Positions 9,509-18,917 of a DNA stretch of 64,000 nt are shown piece after piece. The notes under the pieces were generated by a model. The model made no database searches. It had not been told where the DNA came from and saw only the letters and a list, made by a program, of their open reading frames with translations. Source of the DNA: Lachnospiraceae bacterium (lineage in GTDB: Bacteria; Bacillota; Clostridia; Lachnospirales; Lachnospiraceae). The first letter of the stretch is position 1. Each line of letters starts with the position of its first letter. Where the stretch lies: assembly GCA_900772845.1 (NCBI GenBank), contig CAAGSD010000064.1, positions 969 to 64,968 of the forward strand, written 5' to 3'. The translations under genes were made by a program, and so were the position numbers.

Positions 9509-10726
9509 TTACATAGCCTTGTAAGCACCATTCTCGATCACAACAGCCTTAGGAGCCTTGTTAGCCTCACCGTCTGCGGTCCAGGTCATGCCGTTACCGG
9601 TCAGACCATCTACAGTGATCTCTGTCATGGCAGCCTTCATACCGTCACAAATATCAGAAACACTCATATCAGGTGTTACACCGCTCTTCTCGATTGCAGC
9701 CTTGATTACATAAATCGCATCATAGCTGTCTGCTGCGAACTGGTTGGGAGTCTCACCATATTTCTCCTTGTACTTGGAAACGAAGGACTTGGTCAGATCA
9801 TCAGTTGCATCAGCAGCGAAAGGAGTTAACAGCATAACGCCCTCAGTCAGAGATACATCGAAGTTATCAACACCACCAAGGATACCATCCATACCGTCAC
9901 AGGAGAACCACTTGGGAGCATATCCCATTGCAGCAGCCTGGGTCAGAATAAGTGCGGATTCCTGATAATAAATAGGAAGGAATACCATATCTGCGCCAGC
10001 ATCCTTTGCTTTCTGTAACTGAACAGAAAAATCAGTCTTGTTATCAGCAGTAAATGCCTCAGCAGCTACTACTTCAAACGGCTGGTTCTCAGCTTCTTTT
10101 GCAAATTTCTCATAAATACCGGAAGAATATACATCGGAACTGTCATAAATGACTGCCACCTTCTCAGCCAGACCGTTCTCACCAATGTACTGTGCAGATG
10201 CAAGCCCCTGGTTCGGATCGGAGAAGCATACACGGAAGTTGTTGTCATACTGAACGCACTCTACAGCAGATCCGGAAGGAGTGATCTGGAACATATTGTC
10301 TTCTTTTGTCTTATCTGTAACTGCAATACACGCACCACTGGTAGTAGATCCATCAATGATCTGTGCACCCCAGTCCTTTAATGCATTGTAAGCATTTACG
10401 GATTTCTCGGCATCTGCCTCATCATCCTGGAACTTAAATTCAACCTGATAACCATTGATACCACCTGCTGCATTGATTTCTTCTACAGCGATCTCTGCGC
10501 CATGCTGTACAGCCAGACCATAAACTGCTGCGCCGCCGGTGGTGGGTCCGATACCGCCGATCTTAAATACGCTGCCTGCAGCTGCGCCATTGTCACCAGC
10601 TGCACTCTCAGTTGCTGCATTGGTACCTGCTGCAGCAGAACCATTGTCTGTGTTACCACAGCCAGCCATAGACATTACCATAGCAGATGCTACGGCAACA
10701 CTTAAAAACTTGTTGAATTTCTTCAT
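9509..10726 (-). CDS. livJ: branched-chain amino acid ABC transporter substrate-binding lipoprotein (LivJ/LivK-like)
   Basis: lipoprotein signal MKKFNKFLSVAVASAMVMSMAGCGN; periplasmic-binding-protein type I fold; strong AAAAGGAGGAAG RBS before ATG 10726 (ORF track extends to 10771). Confidence 0.9.
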   Translation of the reverse strand: MKKFNKFLSVAVASAMVMSMAGCGNTDNGSAAAGTNAATESAAGDNGAAAGSVFKIGGIGPTTGGAAVYGLAVQHGAEIAVEEINAAGGINGYQVEFKFQDDEADAEKSVNAYNALKDWGAQIIDGSTTSGACIAVTDKTKEDNMFQITPSGSAVECVQYDNNFRVCFSDPNQGLASAQYIGENGLAEKVAVIYDSSDVYSSGIYEKFAKEAENQPFEVVAAEAFTADNKTDFSVQLQKAKDAGADMVFLPIYYQESALILTQAAAMGYAPKWFSCDGMDGILGGVDNFDVSLTEGVMLLTPFAADATDDLTKSFVSKYKEKYGETPNQFAADSYDAIYVIKAAIEKSGVTPDMSVSDICDGMKAAMTEITVDGLTGNGMTWTADGEANKAPKAVVIENGAYKAM

Positions 10727-10963
10727 AATATCTTCCTCCTTTTTAACAATGTATACAAAAATACAATGCATAATTGTTATTTTTGTATATTACACGCTTC
10801 ATTTTCGTTTGTCAATGGCTTTTATTTTCCTCTTTGGCATTTCGTCACATTAAAATAGATCAAGTTGTGAATATTTTTATTAAAAAAGGTTTATTTTTCA
10901 AACCCAAGGAAATACTATCTTTGAAACTATTATTAATAGAAACTTCAAAAAAATATCTGTACA

Positions 10964-10983
10964 GAATTTGCTTCTGCAAATTC
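10964..10983. promoter_or_regulatory. perfect inverted repeat GAATTTGC-TTCT-GCAAATTC upstream of DUF378 gene
   Basis: 8-bp arms, 4-bp spacer, 25 bp upstream of ATG 11009; possible operator. Confidence 0.3.
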
Positions 10984-11008
10984 CATACAGACAGGATAAG
11001 GAGATTTT

Positions 11009-11218
11009 ATGGGTAATAAATATTTGGATGGAACCGCTCTCACCATAGCCATCATCGGTGCCGTGAACTGGGGACTGATCGGCCTGTTCCGCTTTGATCT
11101 TGTAGCATTTCTGTTCGGCGATATGTCCTGGCTTTCCAGAATTATATATGCGTTGGTGGGAATCTGTGGTCTCTATCTGATCAGTTTCTTTCTCCAGCTT
11201 GGAGACGATCAGACTTAA
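11009..11218 (+). CDS. DUF378 family small membrane protein
   Basis: 69 aa, two TM helices, conserved IIGAVNWGLIG motif typical of DUF378; RBS AGGATAAGGAGA. Confidence 0.7.
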   Translation: MGNKYLDGTALTIAIIGAVNWGLIGLFRFDLVAFLFGDMSWLSRIIYALVGICGLYLISFFLQLGDDQT

Positions 11219-11568
11219 AGTTCTTCCGTGGGGATCTGGACACCATCTCTCCAGATACGTTCCAGATCGTATAGAAGACGGTTTTCCTTGTCAAAAACGT
11301 GCACGATCACATCACCGAAGTCTAACAATACCCAGTTGGCTGTTTCATATCCTTCGGTCTGTCTGGCAGGGAAACCGGCTCTTCCCAGCTTCTCTTCCAC
11401 ATTGTCACACAGTGCCTGGATCTGGCTGGAGTTATTACCTCCCGCAATAATAAAATAATCCGCAATTACAGACACCTGACTGATGTCTATCACTTTAATA
11501 TCCTCTGCTTTTTTATCTTCCAATGCTTCTACGGCAAGTTTTGCCATTTTTCTGGATTCTTCACTCAT
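11215..11568 (-). CDS. rsfS: ribosome silencing factor RsfS (Iojap family)
   Basis: VLLDFGDVIVHVF motif; last gene of obg-nadD-yqeK operon; start at ATG 11568 with AAGGAG RBS (ORF extends to 11601). Confidence 0.9.
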   Translation of the reverse strand: MSEESRKMAKLAVEALEDKKAEDIKVIDISQVSVIADYFIIAGGNNSSQIQALCDNVEEKLGRAGFPARQTEGYETANWVLLDFGDVIVHVFDKENRLLYDLERIWRDGVQIPTEEL

Positions 11569-11575
11569 AGAAATA

Positions 11576-12160
11576 TTACTCCTTGCTCTTTTTATTTTCA
11601 TTATAATATTGATAGGTCTCTTCTGTCATGGGATCCATCTCGCCTTCCCCGGATCTCAGATAGTCCAGAGTATCTTCCAGGATTTTTTTCACTGCCTCGT
11701 CCAGATCCACAAAGGCCATCTGACGGATCATTTTCAGATTCGGTGCCTGTTTTCTGCCGGGTTCGATGTAATCCGCTGTAAAAATAATCTTTTCCAGAAG
11801 CGTCATACCAGGATGCCCGGTCGTGTGATATAAAATGGCATTCAGGATCTCAGGATCTTCAATCTTGTACTCCTTCTTCGCCAGATAACTTCCTACCTTA
11901 GCATGCAAAAGATAAGGATTGCGCCGTTCCACATCCGTCACTTCAATATGATGCTTGTCACAGGCTGACAGTAATTTGTCATTTTCCATACATTTGGCAC
12001 AATCATGAAGCAGTCCAGCAATCTGCGCCTGCTCCACATCCTTGCCGTAGCGCATGGCCAGTGCAGCAGCGGTATATTCCACCCCCAGCGTATGCACGAA
12101 ACGTTTGGAATCCTGCACTTTTTCCATTTCTTTGGTCAATTTTTTCAGCAGATCACTCAT
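11576..12160 (-). CDS. yqeK: bis(5'-nucleosyl)-tetraphosphatase (symmetrical) YqeK, HD domain
   Basis: HD-domain motifs (HTLGV...LLHDCAK), conserved position after nadD. Confidence 0.9.
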   Translation of the reverse strand: MSDLLKKLTKEMEKVQDSKRFVHTLGVEYTAAALAMRYGKDVEQAQIAGLLHDCAKCMENDKLLSACDKHHIEVTDVERRNPYLLHAKVGSYLAKKEYKIEDPEILNAILYHTTGHPGMTLLEKIIFTADYIEPGRKQAPNLKMIRQMAFVDLDEAVKKILEDTLDYLRSGEGEMDPMTEETYQYYNENKKSKE

Positions 12161-12776
12161 CCTGATAAAGCCCCTTTTCTTCCATATATACCCTCACAGC
12201 TTCGGGCACCAGATAGCGCACGGACAGCCCTTTTTTCCTTCTTTCCCGTATCTCCGAAGAAGAAATCTCGATCCGCCGGAACGGAAGCAGTTGAATTACA
12301 GCACCAAATCTTTCTTTTAACTCGGTGATCTTCTCCTGTATACACGCAGCATCCACATCTCCCCGCACTGCGGCAAGGACTGTGCATGCAGCAAACAGAC
12401 GGTCTGCACATTTCCAGTATTCTATGGTGAAAAGACAGTCTGCCCCACAGATAAAAAAGAACTGGTTCTCCGGATATTCCCTTTGCAGCTGTTCCATAGT
12501 CTCGTAGCTATAGGTATTCCCGGGACGCCGGATCTCCATGTCCAGGCAACGGAATCTGTTATTATCCGCAATGGCCAGACAGACCATCCGGTATCTGTCC
12601 TTCGCAGATAATACGGTAATCCCCTCCTTGCTTTTCAGATAAGAGCATCCGGTGGGAATCAGCCAGACTTCGTCCAGTCTCATTGTCTCCAGCGCATGCT
12701 CTGCCAGTAATAGATGTCCTGTATGAATGGGGCTGAAAGTGCCTCCCATAATACCTATTCTGCTCATGATCTTCAT
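12153..12776 (-). CDS. nadD: nicotinate-nucleotide adenylyltransferase NadD
   Basis: GGTFSPIHTGHL (H/T-x-G-H) motif. Confidence 0.9.
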   Translation of the reverse strand: MKIMSRIGIMGGTFSPIHTGHLLLAEHALETMRLDEVWLIPTGCSYLKSKEGITVLSAKDRYRMVCLAIADNNRFRCLDMEIRRPGNTYSYETMEQLQREYPENQFFFICGADCLFTIEYWKCADRLFAACTVLAAVRGDVDAACIQEKITELKERFGAVIQLLPFRRIEISSSEIRERRKKGLSVRYLVPEAVRVYMEEKGLYQDE

Positions 12777-12830
12777 CCCTTTGCATGCAGTGATCGATTC
12801 CTCTGATGTGGTGCCTTAGCCCATACTTTT

Positions 12831-13121
12831 CTAACGAGGCAGTTCGATCTTCGGCTTGTCCTTATCGGGCTTGTATAATACGATCTTTTTACCGATTACC
12901 TGTACCACCTGAGAATGGGTACGTTCCGCCACCATCTCTGCGATAGCTCTTGGGTCATCAAAACAATTCTTCAATACGCCGATTTTGATCAGTTCATTAT
13001 TGTTAAAGGACTCACCGATAGCGGCGGTGAGTTCCGGAGTCAGGCTGGATTTTCCCACCTGAAAAATAGGATTCAGATTGCTTGCCAGACTCATTAAATA
13101 GGCTCTCTGTTTACTTGTCAT
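12831..13121 (-). CDS. yhbY: ribosome assembly RNA-binding protein YhbY (CRM domain)
   Basis: LTSKQRAYLMSLASNLNPIFQVGK CRS1/YhbY signature; after obg. Confidence 0.85.
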   Translation of the reverse strand: MTSKQRAYLMSLASNLNPIFQVGKSSLTPELTAAIGESFNNNELIKIGVLKNCFDDPRAIAEMVAERTHSQVVQVIGKKIVLYKPDKDKPKIELPR

Positions 13122-13178
13122 AATTTTTCCTTTCACAGACATCAACTTACTTATGGTAATCTCTGTTTGTCACAGACA

Positions 13179-14471
13179 TTATTTATAGTAATCAAAGGAC
13201 AGGCCGTACATACGTACCGTATCTCCCTCCTGAATACCAAGTGCTTCCAGTTCCTCCAAAATACCGGTATCTTTCAGGAAATTCTGGAAGAAAGTGAAGC
13301 CCTTCTCGCTGTCCAGATTCGTATATCCCAACATCTTCTCAATCTTGGGTCCTTCAACAACGTATTCGTCCTCTTCCTCATCATAAGTTACAGTATAAGC
13401 ATCATCCACAGATCCGGTCATGCTCTCCGGGAAGTACTCCTGTGCGAAGACTGTAGTCTCCTCACCGATATTAGAGAGCATATCATTCACTTCATATAAC
13501 AGTTCCTTTACACCCTGACCGGTTACCGCAGACATAGGGAATACTTTGATTCCTTTCGGTTCAAATTCCGCACGGATCGCCTCCACGGGATCAGATCCGT
13601 CCTCTGTATAGACAGCATCAATTTTGTTGGCTGCTATGACCTGAGGTCTGGCCGCAATCTCTGGATTGTAGGCTTCCAGCTCCTTGTTGATAGCATAGAT
13701 ATCCTGAATGGGATCTCTTCCCTCCGTACCGGCTGCATCCACGATATGGATGATCACTTTGGTCCGTTCAATATGGCGCAGGAACTCGTGTCCCAGACCG
13801 ATTCCTTCGGAAGCACCTTCGATCAGTCCGGGGATATCCGCAATGACGAAGCCGCCGGTTCCTTCCAGATCCACCACGCCCAGGTTCGGATTCAAGGTTG
13901 TGAAATGATAGTTGGCGATCTTCGGTCTGGCATTGGTCACTCTGGACAGGAAGGTAGATTTGCCTACATTGGGGAATCCCACCAGTCCTACATCAGCAAT
14001 TACCTTTAATTCCAGCAGAAGTTCCAGTTCCTGTGCTGCCTGTCCCGGCTGTGCATATTTCGGAGCCTGCATGGTACTGGTGGCATAATGCTGGTTGCCG
14101 TTGCCACCCTTACCGCCTTTTAAGAGAACAACCCGTTTGTTGTCCCCCGACATATCCGTAATTACCTGCCCGCTCTGAGCTTCTTTGATCACGGTTCCTG
14201 CAGGGACTTTGATAATGATGTCTTCTCCATCCTTGCCGCGACAGTTCTTCTTGCCGCCCTCTTCCCCGTCTCCGGCCTTGTACTTACGGATGTGCCGGAA
14301 ATCGATCAGGGTATTCAGCCCCTCATCCACAACAAAGATCACGTCACCGCCGTGACCACCATCGCCACCGTCAGGGCCGCCACTGGGAACATATTTTTCA
14401 CGGCGAAAGGACACATGACCATCTCCGCCTTTACCGCTTCTTACGTAAATTTTAGCTCTGTCAGCAAACAT
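13179..14471 (-). CDS. obg: GTPase Obg/CgtA
   Basis: N-terminal Obg fold with Gly-rich repeats, G-domain GLVGFPNVGKST, OCT C-terminal domain. Confidence 0.95.
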   Translation of the reverse strand: MFADRAKIYVRSGKGGDGHVSFRREKYVPSGGPDGGDGGHGGDVIFVVDEGLNTLIDFRHIRKYKAGDGEEGGKKNCRGKDGEDIIIKVPAGTVIKEAQSGQVITDMSGDNKRVVLLKGGKGGNGNQHYATSTMQAPKYAQPGQAAQELELLLELKVIADVGLVGFPNVGKSTFLSRVTNARPKIANYHFTTLNPNLGVVDLEGTGGFVIADIPGLIEGASEGIGLGHEFLRHIERTKVIIHIVDAAGTEGRDPIQDIYAINKELEAYNPEIAARPQVIAANKIDAVYTEDGSDPVEAIRAEFEPKGIKVFPMSAVTGQGVKELLYEVNDMLSNIGEETTVFAQEYFPESMTGSVDDAYTVTYDEEEDEYVVEGPKIEKMLGYTNLDSEKGFTFFQNFLKDTGILEELEALGIQEGDTVRMYGLSFDYYK

Positions 14472-14554
14472 ATTGTTCTCCTTTCCGACAAAATCCTTTA
14501 CGGACTAAAAGGGCTTCAAACAATCAGTATGTTTGAAGCCCTGGTTAAATCAAC

Positions 14555-14839
14555 TTATTTCTCTACGGGATATACGGAAGCCTGCTTCTTGTCTCTGCCC
14601 TTTCTCTCGAAACGGAGAACGCCGTCAACTAAAGCAAACAGAGTATCATCTCCACCGATACCAACATTGACACCGGGATGGATCTTAGTACCGCGCTGTC
14701 TGTAAAGAATATTTCCAGCTTTTACAAACTGGCCATCAGCTCTCTTCGCACCTAATCTCTTGGATTCGGAATCTCTACCGTTCTTGGTAGAACCAACTCC
14801 CTTTTTATGTGCAAAAAATTGAAGGTTAAAGTTAAACAT
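14555..14839 (-). CDS. rpmA: 50S ribosomal protein L27 (with Firmicute N-terminal propeptide)
   Basis: [18 protein letters not shown] cleavage-site motif and conserved L27 core. Confidence 0.95.
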   Translation of the reverse strand: MFNFNLQFFAHKKGVGSTKNGRDSESKRLGAKRADGQFVKAGNILYRQRGTKIHPGVNVGIGGDDTLFALVDGVLRFERKGRDKKQASVYPVEK

Positions 14840-14842
14840 GGT

Positions 14843-15190
14843 CTACACCTCCTCGATTTTTACTTGCAAATACTGTTCCCCGTACTGACTGCTGAGCTTC
14901 TTTAGTGAAAACACCATGAAGTCCATCAGAAATACGGACTTGTCCTGCGGAATGGAATTCTCGAAATCACATTTGATAAAACCTGTCTCCTCATTCTGTG
15001 TCAGCTGCATCTTTTCGCCAGCCATTTCTTCCAACGCCATGATCGTACTTTGTACGGTCACAGAAATCGCTGCACAGAGGATATCCGGTTCCTTACCGAA
15101 CAGTTTCTTCTTCGCATATTCCGCATGTCCCATGCAATAGAATCCGCGATAGATTCCCTCATGGTCCTTACGAATGATAATAGTTGTCAT
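14843..15190 (-). CDS. prp: ribosomal-processing cysteine protease Prp (YsxB)
   Basis: ~115 aa between rplU and rpmA, catalytic Cys/His context (GHAEY ... DILCAAIS). Confidence 0.85.
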   Translation of the reverse strand: MTTIIIRKDHEGIYRGFYCMGHAEYAKKKLFGKEPDILCAAISVTVQSTIMALEEMAGEKMQLTQNEETGFIKCDFENSIPQDKSVFLMDFMVFSLKKLSSQYGEQYLQVKIEEV

Positions 15191-15195
15191 AACGA

Positions 15196-15501
15196 TTATG
15201 CGTTAATCTTTTCGATCTTAACCTGAGTGTATGCTTGTCTATGACCATTCTTCTTGTGGTAACCGGTTTTTCTCTTGTACTTGTATACAATAACCTTCTT
15301 ACCTCTACCCTGCTCCATAACGGTTGCGGTAACAGTTGCGTTAGCAACGTCAGCACCAACCTTGAGGGTATTGTCACTTACTGCGATCACCTGGTCAAAA
15401 GTAACAGTATTACCAGCCTCTGCATCGATCTTCTCAACTTTGATCACATCACCCTCAGAAACTTTGTACTGCTTTCCACCTGTTGCAATAATTGCGTACA
15501 T
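15196..15501 (-). CDS. rplU: 50S ribosomal protein L21
   Basis: [14 protein letters not shown]... conserved L21 N-terminus. Confidence 0.95.
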   Translation of the reverse strand: MYAIIATGGKQYKVSEGDVIKVEKIDAEAGNTVTFDQVIAVSDNTLKVGADVANATVTATVMEQGRGKKVIVYKYKRKTGYHKKNGHRQAYTQVKIEKINA

Positions 15502-15624
15502 AATAAGGCACCTCCTATTATTTACTCGCTAACTTTGGTGGTGAAAGACCCTAAAATCCAACACACTTATACCTAGTTATGCGGCATACCGTAGTATAAT
15601 AACATGAGGTGCCCTGGTCGTCAA
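15502..15624 (-). promoter_or_regulatory. putative promoter (TTGACG-17-TATTAT on minus strand, 15619-15596) and ~95-nt leader of rplU operon with anti-Shine-Dalgarno element (possible L21-leader-type autoregulatory structure)
   Basis: -35/-10 hexamers with 17-nt spacer preceded by A/T tract; leader segment GGCACCUCAU complementary to RBS AGGAGGUGCC. Confidence 0.4.
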
Positions 15625-15680
15625 GATATAATTAGATTTTTTTTGATTTTTTTTGAAAAAACACCAAATATTTCAGCTGC

Positions 15681-16325
15681 CTACTTTTCTAAAATATCTG
15701 CATTGTTCTTCTTCTCAAAGTCATCCACATACTGAATGATCAGCTTTACAGTTCCATCAATGCCGAGAACGCTGCTGTTGATACAAAGATCATAGCTGTC
15801 GGCTCTGCCCCACTTCTTGGAAGAATAATAGTTGTAATAGCTCTGACGCTGTTTATCCTTCTTCGTGATCATTTCCTTTGCCTTGGCCTCCGTCAGATCA
15901 TATCTGGTCATGATCCGTTTGGTCTTCACATCATCATCACCGAAGATAAACAGGTTGATGCAGTTCTTGTAATCTGCCAGAGCGTAATCTGCACAACGGC
16001 CTACAATAACGCAGGGGCCTTCATCAGCGATCTTCTTGATCGTATCAAACTGTGCCAGAAATACCTTATGGCTGATAGGCATATCTACAAAAGAGGATGC
16101 ATTGTAGCCGAAGGAATAAGTATCCATGACCAAATTGTACAGGAAGGAATTGGTAGGTCTTTCATCATGGTTCTGGATCATTTCCTCACAGAAACCACTT
16201 TCCTGTGCTGCTCTGGTAAGGAGTTCCTTGTCATAGCATTTGATTCCATAATACTCTGCAACCTTTTCCCCAATTTCACGGCCTGCAGAACCAAACTGAC
16301 GTCCAATGGTAATAATCGTATTCAT
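15681..16325 (-). CDS. cytidylate kinase-like family protein (paralog 2)
   Basis: MNTIITIGRQFGSAGREIGEKVA... same lysine-less P-loop family as 5174-5812; start at ATG 16325 (ORF extends to 16409). Confidence 0.7.
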   Translation of the reverse strand: MNTIITIGRQFGSAGREIGEKVAEYYGIKCYDKELLTRAAQESGFCEEMIQNHDERPTNSFLYNLVMDTYSFGYNASSFVDMPISHKVFLAQFDTIKKIADEGPCVIVGRCADYALADYKNCINLFIFGDDDVKTKRIMTRYDLTEAKAKEMITKKDKQRQSYYNYYSSKKWGRADSYDLCINSSVLGIDGTVKLIIQYVDDFEKKNNADILEK

Positions 16326-16432
16326 ACACACACCCGCTTTCTGCTGTACTTGATAACTAGCATTTTTTGTATCTTCATTATACGTGATATTCAACAAAAA
16401 ATCAACCAATTATCAGCTTTTTTAGTTGTTTA

Positions 16433-17326
16433 TCACCAATTATCCTGGGATGCATGCATTTTTTCCGCTATTTTCATTCCTTCTTCTGTCTGAGCCAGAC
16501 CGCCTAACGCTGTTTCCCGCAGGGAAGCATCCATTTTGTCTCCGACCTCTTTCATGGCATCCATAACCTGGTCTGGCGGAATCCGGCTTACGATTCCTGC
16601 CATTGCCATATCCGCACAGGCCATGGCATTCACTGTGCCGATCACATTCCGTTTCACACAGGGAACCTCCACCAGTCCCGCCACCGGATCGCATACCAGT
16701 CCTAACAGATTTTTCATGGCCATGGCCGCTGCAGCAGCAATCTGCTCACAGCTGCCGCCCTGCAGATACGTCAGTGCCCCGGCTGCCATGGAACTGGCTG
16801 CTCCGATCTCCGCCTGGCATCCGCCCGCAGCACCGCTGATGGACGAACGGGTGGCTATGATCTGCCCGATCCCGGCTGCCACATACATGGCCCGGAGAAT
16901 TTTGTCCGTATCCTTGCTGCGCTTCTGAAAATAGGGCACCAGCACTGCCGGCAATACTCCACAGGCACCCGCAGTAGGTGCCGCCACGATCCGTTTCATG
17001 CAGGCATTGGATTCTCCCATCTGTAACGCTCCCGCAATGCATTCGTCCACATATTCCCCGCACAATGACTCTTTGCCGGTATTATTGTTGGTATATTCTT
17101 CCATCCTTCTGCCATCACCGCCCACAAGACCGCTCGAGGACGTAAGATTCCCCTCATAGGTGGCAGCTGCAAGCAGCATGGCATCCCAGGCAGCCCGCAT
17201 ATGCTCCATACTGTCCTGCTCTGACACATTCCGCTCTGCCATATCGTCTTCCAGGATCACCTGCCAGAATTCTTTTTCTTCCATATGACATTTCTGTAAT
17301 ACCTGCTCAAATGACTGATAGGACAT
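16433..17326 (-). CDS. sdaAA: L-serine dehydratase, iron-sulfur-dependent, alpha subunit
   Basis: conserved SdaAA core incl. Cys ligands (SGAAGGCQAE, VPCVKRN). Confidence 0.9.
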   Translation of the reverse strand: MSYQSFEQVLQKCHMEEKEFWQVILEDDMAERNVSEQDSMEHMRAAWDAMLLAAATYEGNLTSSSGLVGGDGRRMEEYTNNNTGKESLCGEYVDECIAGALQMGESNACMKRIVAAPTAGACGVLPAVLVPYFQKRSKDTDKILRAMYVAAGIGQIIATRSSISGAAGGCQAEIGAASSMAAGALTYLQGGSCEQIAAAAAMAMKNLLGLVCDPVAGLVEVPCVKRNVIGTVNAMACADMAMAGIVSRIPPDQVMDAMKEVGDKMDASLRETALGGLAQTEEGMKIAEKMHASQDNW

Positions 17327-17328
17327 AG

Positions 17329-17991
17329 TTACTCCTCCACGTTAATATAGGTCACCTTAATGATACCATCCAGATGTTCCAGCCAGGCCACAGATTCTTG
17401 CGGCACTTCCTGATCCGTCTCTATGACCATGACGGCATAACCGCCCCGCTTATCCCGGTAAAGCTGCAGTGTGGCAATATTTACGCTTCTTTCCGCCAGC
17501 ATGGAAGTCACCTGTGCCACATGTCCCGGCTGATCCACGTTGTGTACGATCAAAGTCGGCTTTTCCGCAGAGAAATTCACCTCAATCCCGTCCAGTTTGG
17601 CGATCAGGATCCGGCCGCCACCAATAGAAGCCGCCTGCACTTCTATTTTCCGCCCATGTTCTCCAGTCAGCCTGAGAACCGCCGTATTAGGATGGGCATC
17701 TTTCAGGGTAATGGTGGAAAAAGAGAATTCCATCCCAGCTTTTTCCGCCAGTTCGAAGCTTGTGGGAATCCGGATGTCATCCGGCCGCATTCCCAACAGA
17801 CCTGCGATCAGTGCCTTATCCGTGCCATGTCCGATGCCCGTAGCAGCAAAGGAACCATGCAGAAGGATTTCTGCCTTCACTACATGGTCCTGAAGTAATT
17901 TTCCTGAAATATAACCGATGCGGACTGCTCCGGCAGTATGGGAACTGCTGGGGCCGACCATAACGGGTCCTAAAATATCAAACAGATTCAT
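17329..17991 (-). CDS. sdaAB: L-serine dehydratase, iron-sulfur-dependent, beta subunit (with ACT-like domain)
   Basis: FDILGPVMVGPSSSHTAGA signature; start ATG 17991 with GAGG RBS (ORF track GTG 18009). Confidence 0.9.
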   Translation of the reverse strand: MNLFDILGPVMVGPSSSHTAGAVRIGYISGKLLQDHVVKAEILLHGSFAATGIGHGTDKALIAGLLGMRPDDIRIPTSFELAEKAGMEFSFSTITLKDAHPNTAVLRLTGEHGRKIEVQAASIGGGRILIAKLDGIEVNFSAEKPTLIVHNVDQPGHVAQVTSMLAERSVNIATLQLYRDKRGGYAVMVIETDQEVPQESVAWLEHLDGIIKVTYINVEE

Positions 17992-18005
17992 AAGCGCCTC
18001 ATTTC

Positions 18006-18917
18006 TCACCCTAACACCGTCAGAAGATGTTCAAAATATTCCGGCAGCGGTGCATCGATCTCCAGATATTCTCCCGTGGTGGGATGGATAAATCCCAACG
18101 TCTTTGCATGGAGCGTCTGTCCCTGCAATTTAAAAGGGCTTTTCCGGTTGGAATAGACCTCATCTCCCAAAAGGGGATGTCCGATACTGGCCATATGCAC
18201 ACGGATCTGATGGGTCCTTCCGGTCTCTAACACACATTCTATATAAGTATATCCCTGAAACCTCTGTAATACCCGGTAATGGGTCACTGCCCTTTTTCCG
18301 TTCTGATGATTCACCGCCATTTTCTTCCGGTCGTTCGGATGTCTGCCGATAGGCTGGTCGATGGTGCCTTCCTCCTGCTGCAGTTCCCCGAAGCAGATGG
18401 CCCGGTATCGACGGTTGATGGAATGTTCTTTTAATTGTTCCGCAATGCAGCGATGGGCTTTGTCATTTTTGCAGGCAATGACGGATCCTGTGGTATCTCT
18501 GTCAATGCGGTGCACGATGCCGGGACGCAGCACTCCGTTGATCCCCGACAATTCTTTGCCGCAATGATACATCAGTGCATTGACTAACGTCCCGCTATAA
18601 TGTCCCGCCGCCGGATGTACCACCATCCCCTTGGGCTTATTCACCACGATCAGATCCGCATCTTCATACAAAATATCTAACGGAATATTCTCCGGCTCAA
18701 TATCCGGCTCCACAGACTCCGGAACAGAAAATACTACTTCGTCCTCACATTTGACACGATAGCTTCCCTTTGCCGGTTTTCCGTTGATCAGCACATTTCC
18801 GTCTTTGATCAGCTTCTGGATAAACGAACGGGACAGATTCTCCACCAGCAGACTCATACATTTGTCGATCCGTTCTTCTTCCATTTCTTCCGTTATCTGA
18901 AATCGGAGTTCTTCCAT
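18006..18917 (-). CDS. rluD: RluA-family 23S rRNA pseudouridine synthase (RluD-like, S4 + catalytic domain)
   Basis: S4 domain (GNVLINGKPAKGSYRV), catalytic motifs VVNKPKGMVVHPAAGH and HRIDRDTTG. Confidence 0.9.
   Translation of the reverse strand: MEELRFQITEEMEEERIDKCMSLLVENLSRSFIQKLIKDGNVLINGKPAKGSYRVKCEDEVVFSVPESVEPDIEPENIPLDILYEDADLIVVNKPKGMVVHPAAGHYSGTLVNALMYHCGKELSGINGVLRPGIVHRIDRDTTGSVIACKNDKAHRCIAEQLKEHSINRRYRAICFGELQQEEGTIDQPIGRHPNDRKKMAVNHQNGKRAVTHYRVLQRFQGYTYIECVLETGRTHQIRVHMASIGHPLLGDEVYSNRKSPFKLQGQTLHAKTLGFIHPTTGEYLEIDAPLPEYFEHLLTVLG

Noticed and set aside
10727-11008. Possible T-box riboswitch in liv operon leader
   Set aside because: No AGGGTGGNACCGCG T-box sequence or specifier/antiterminator architecture found on the transcribed strand
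15636-15656. GATTTTTTTT x2 as a repeat element or CRISPR-like feature
   Set aside because: Only two short AT-rich copies immediately upstream of a promoter; better explained as an UP element or the 3' end of the preceding gene's transcript
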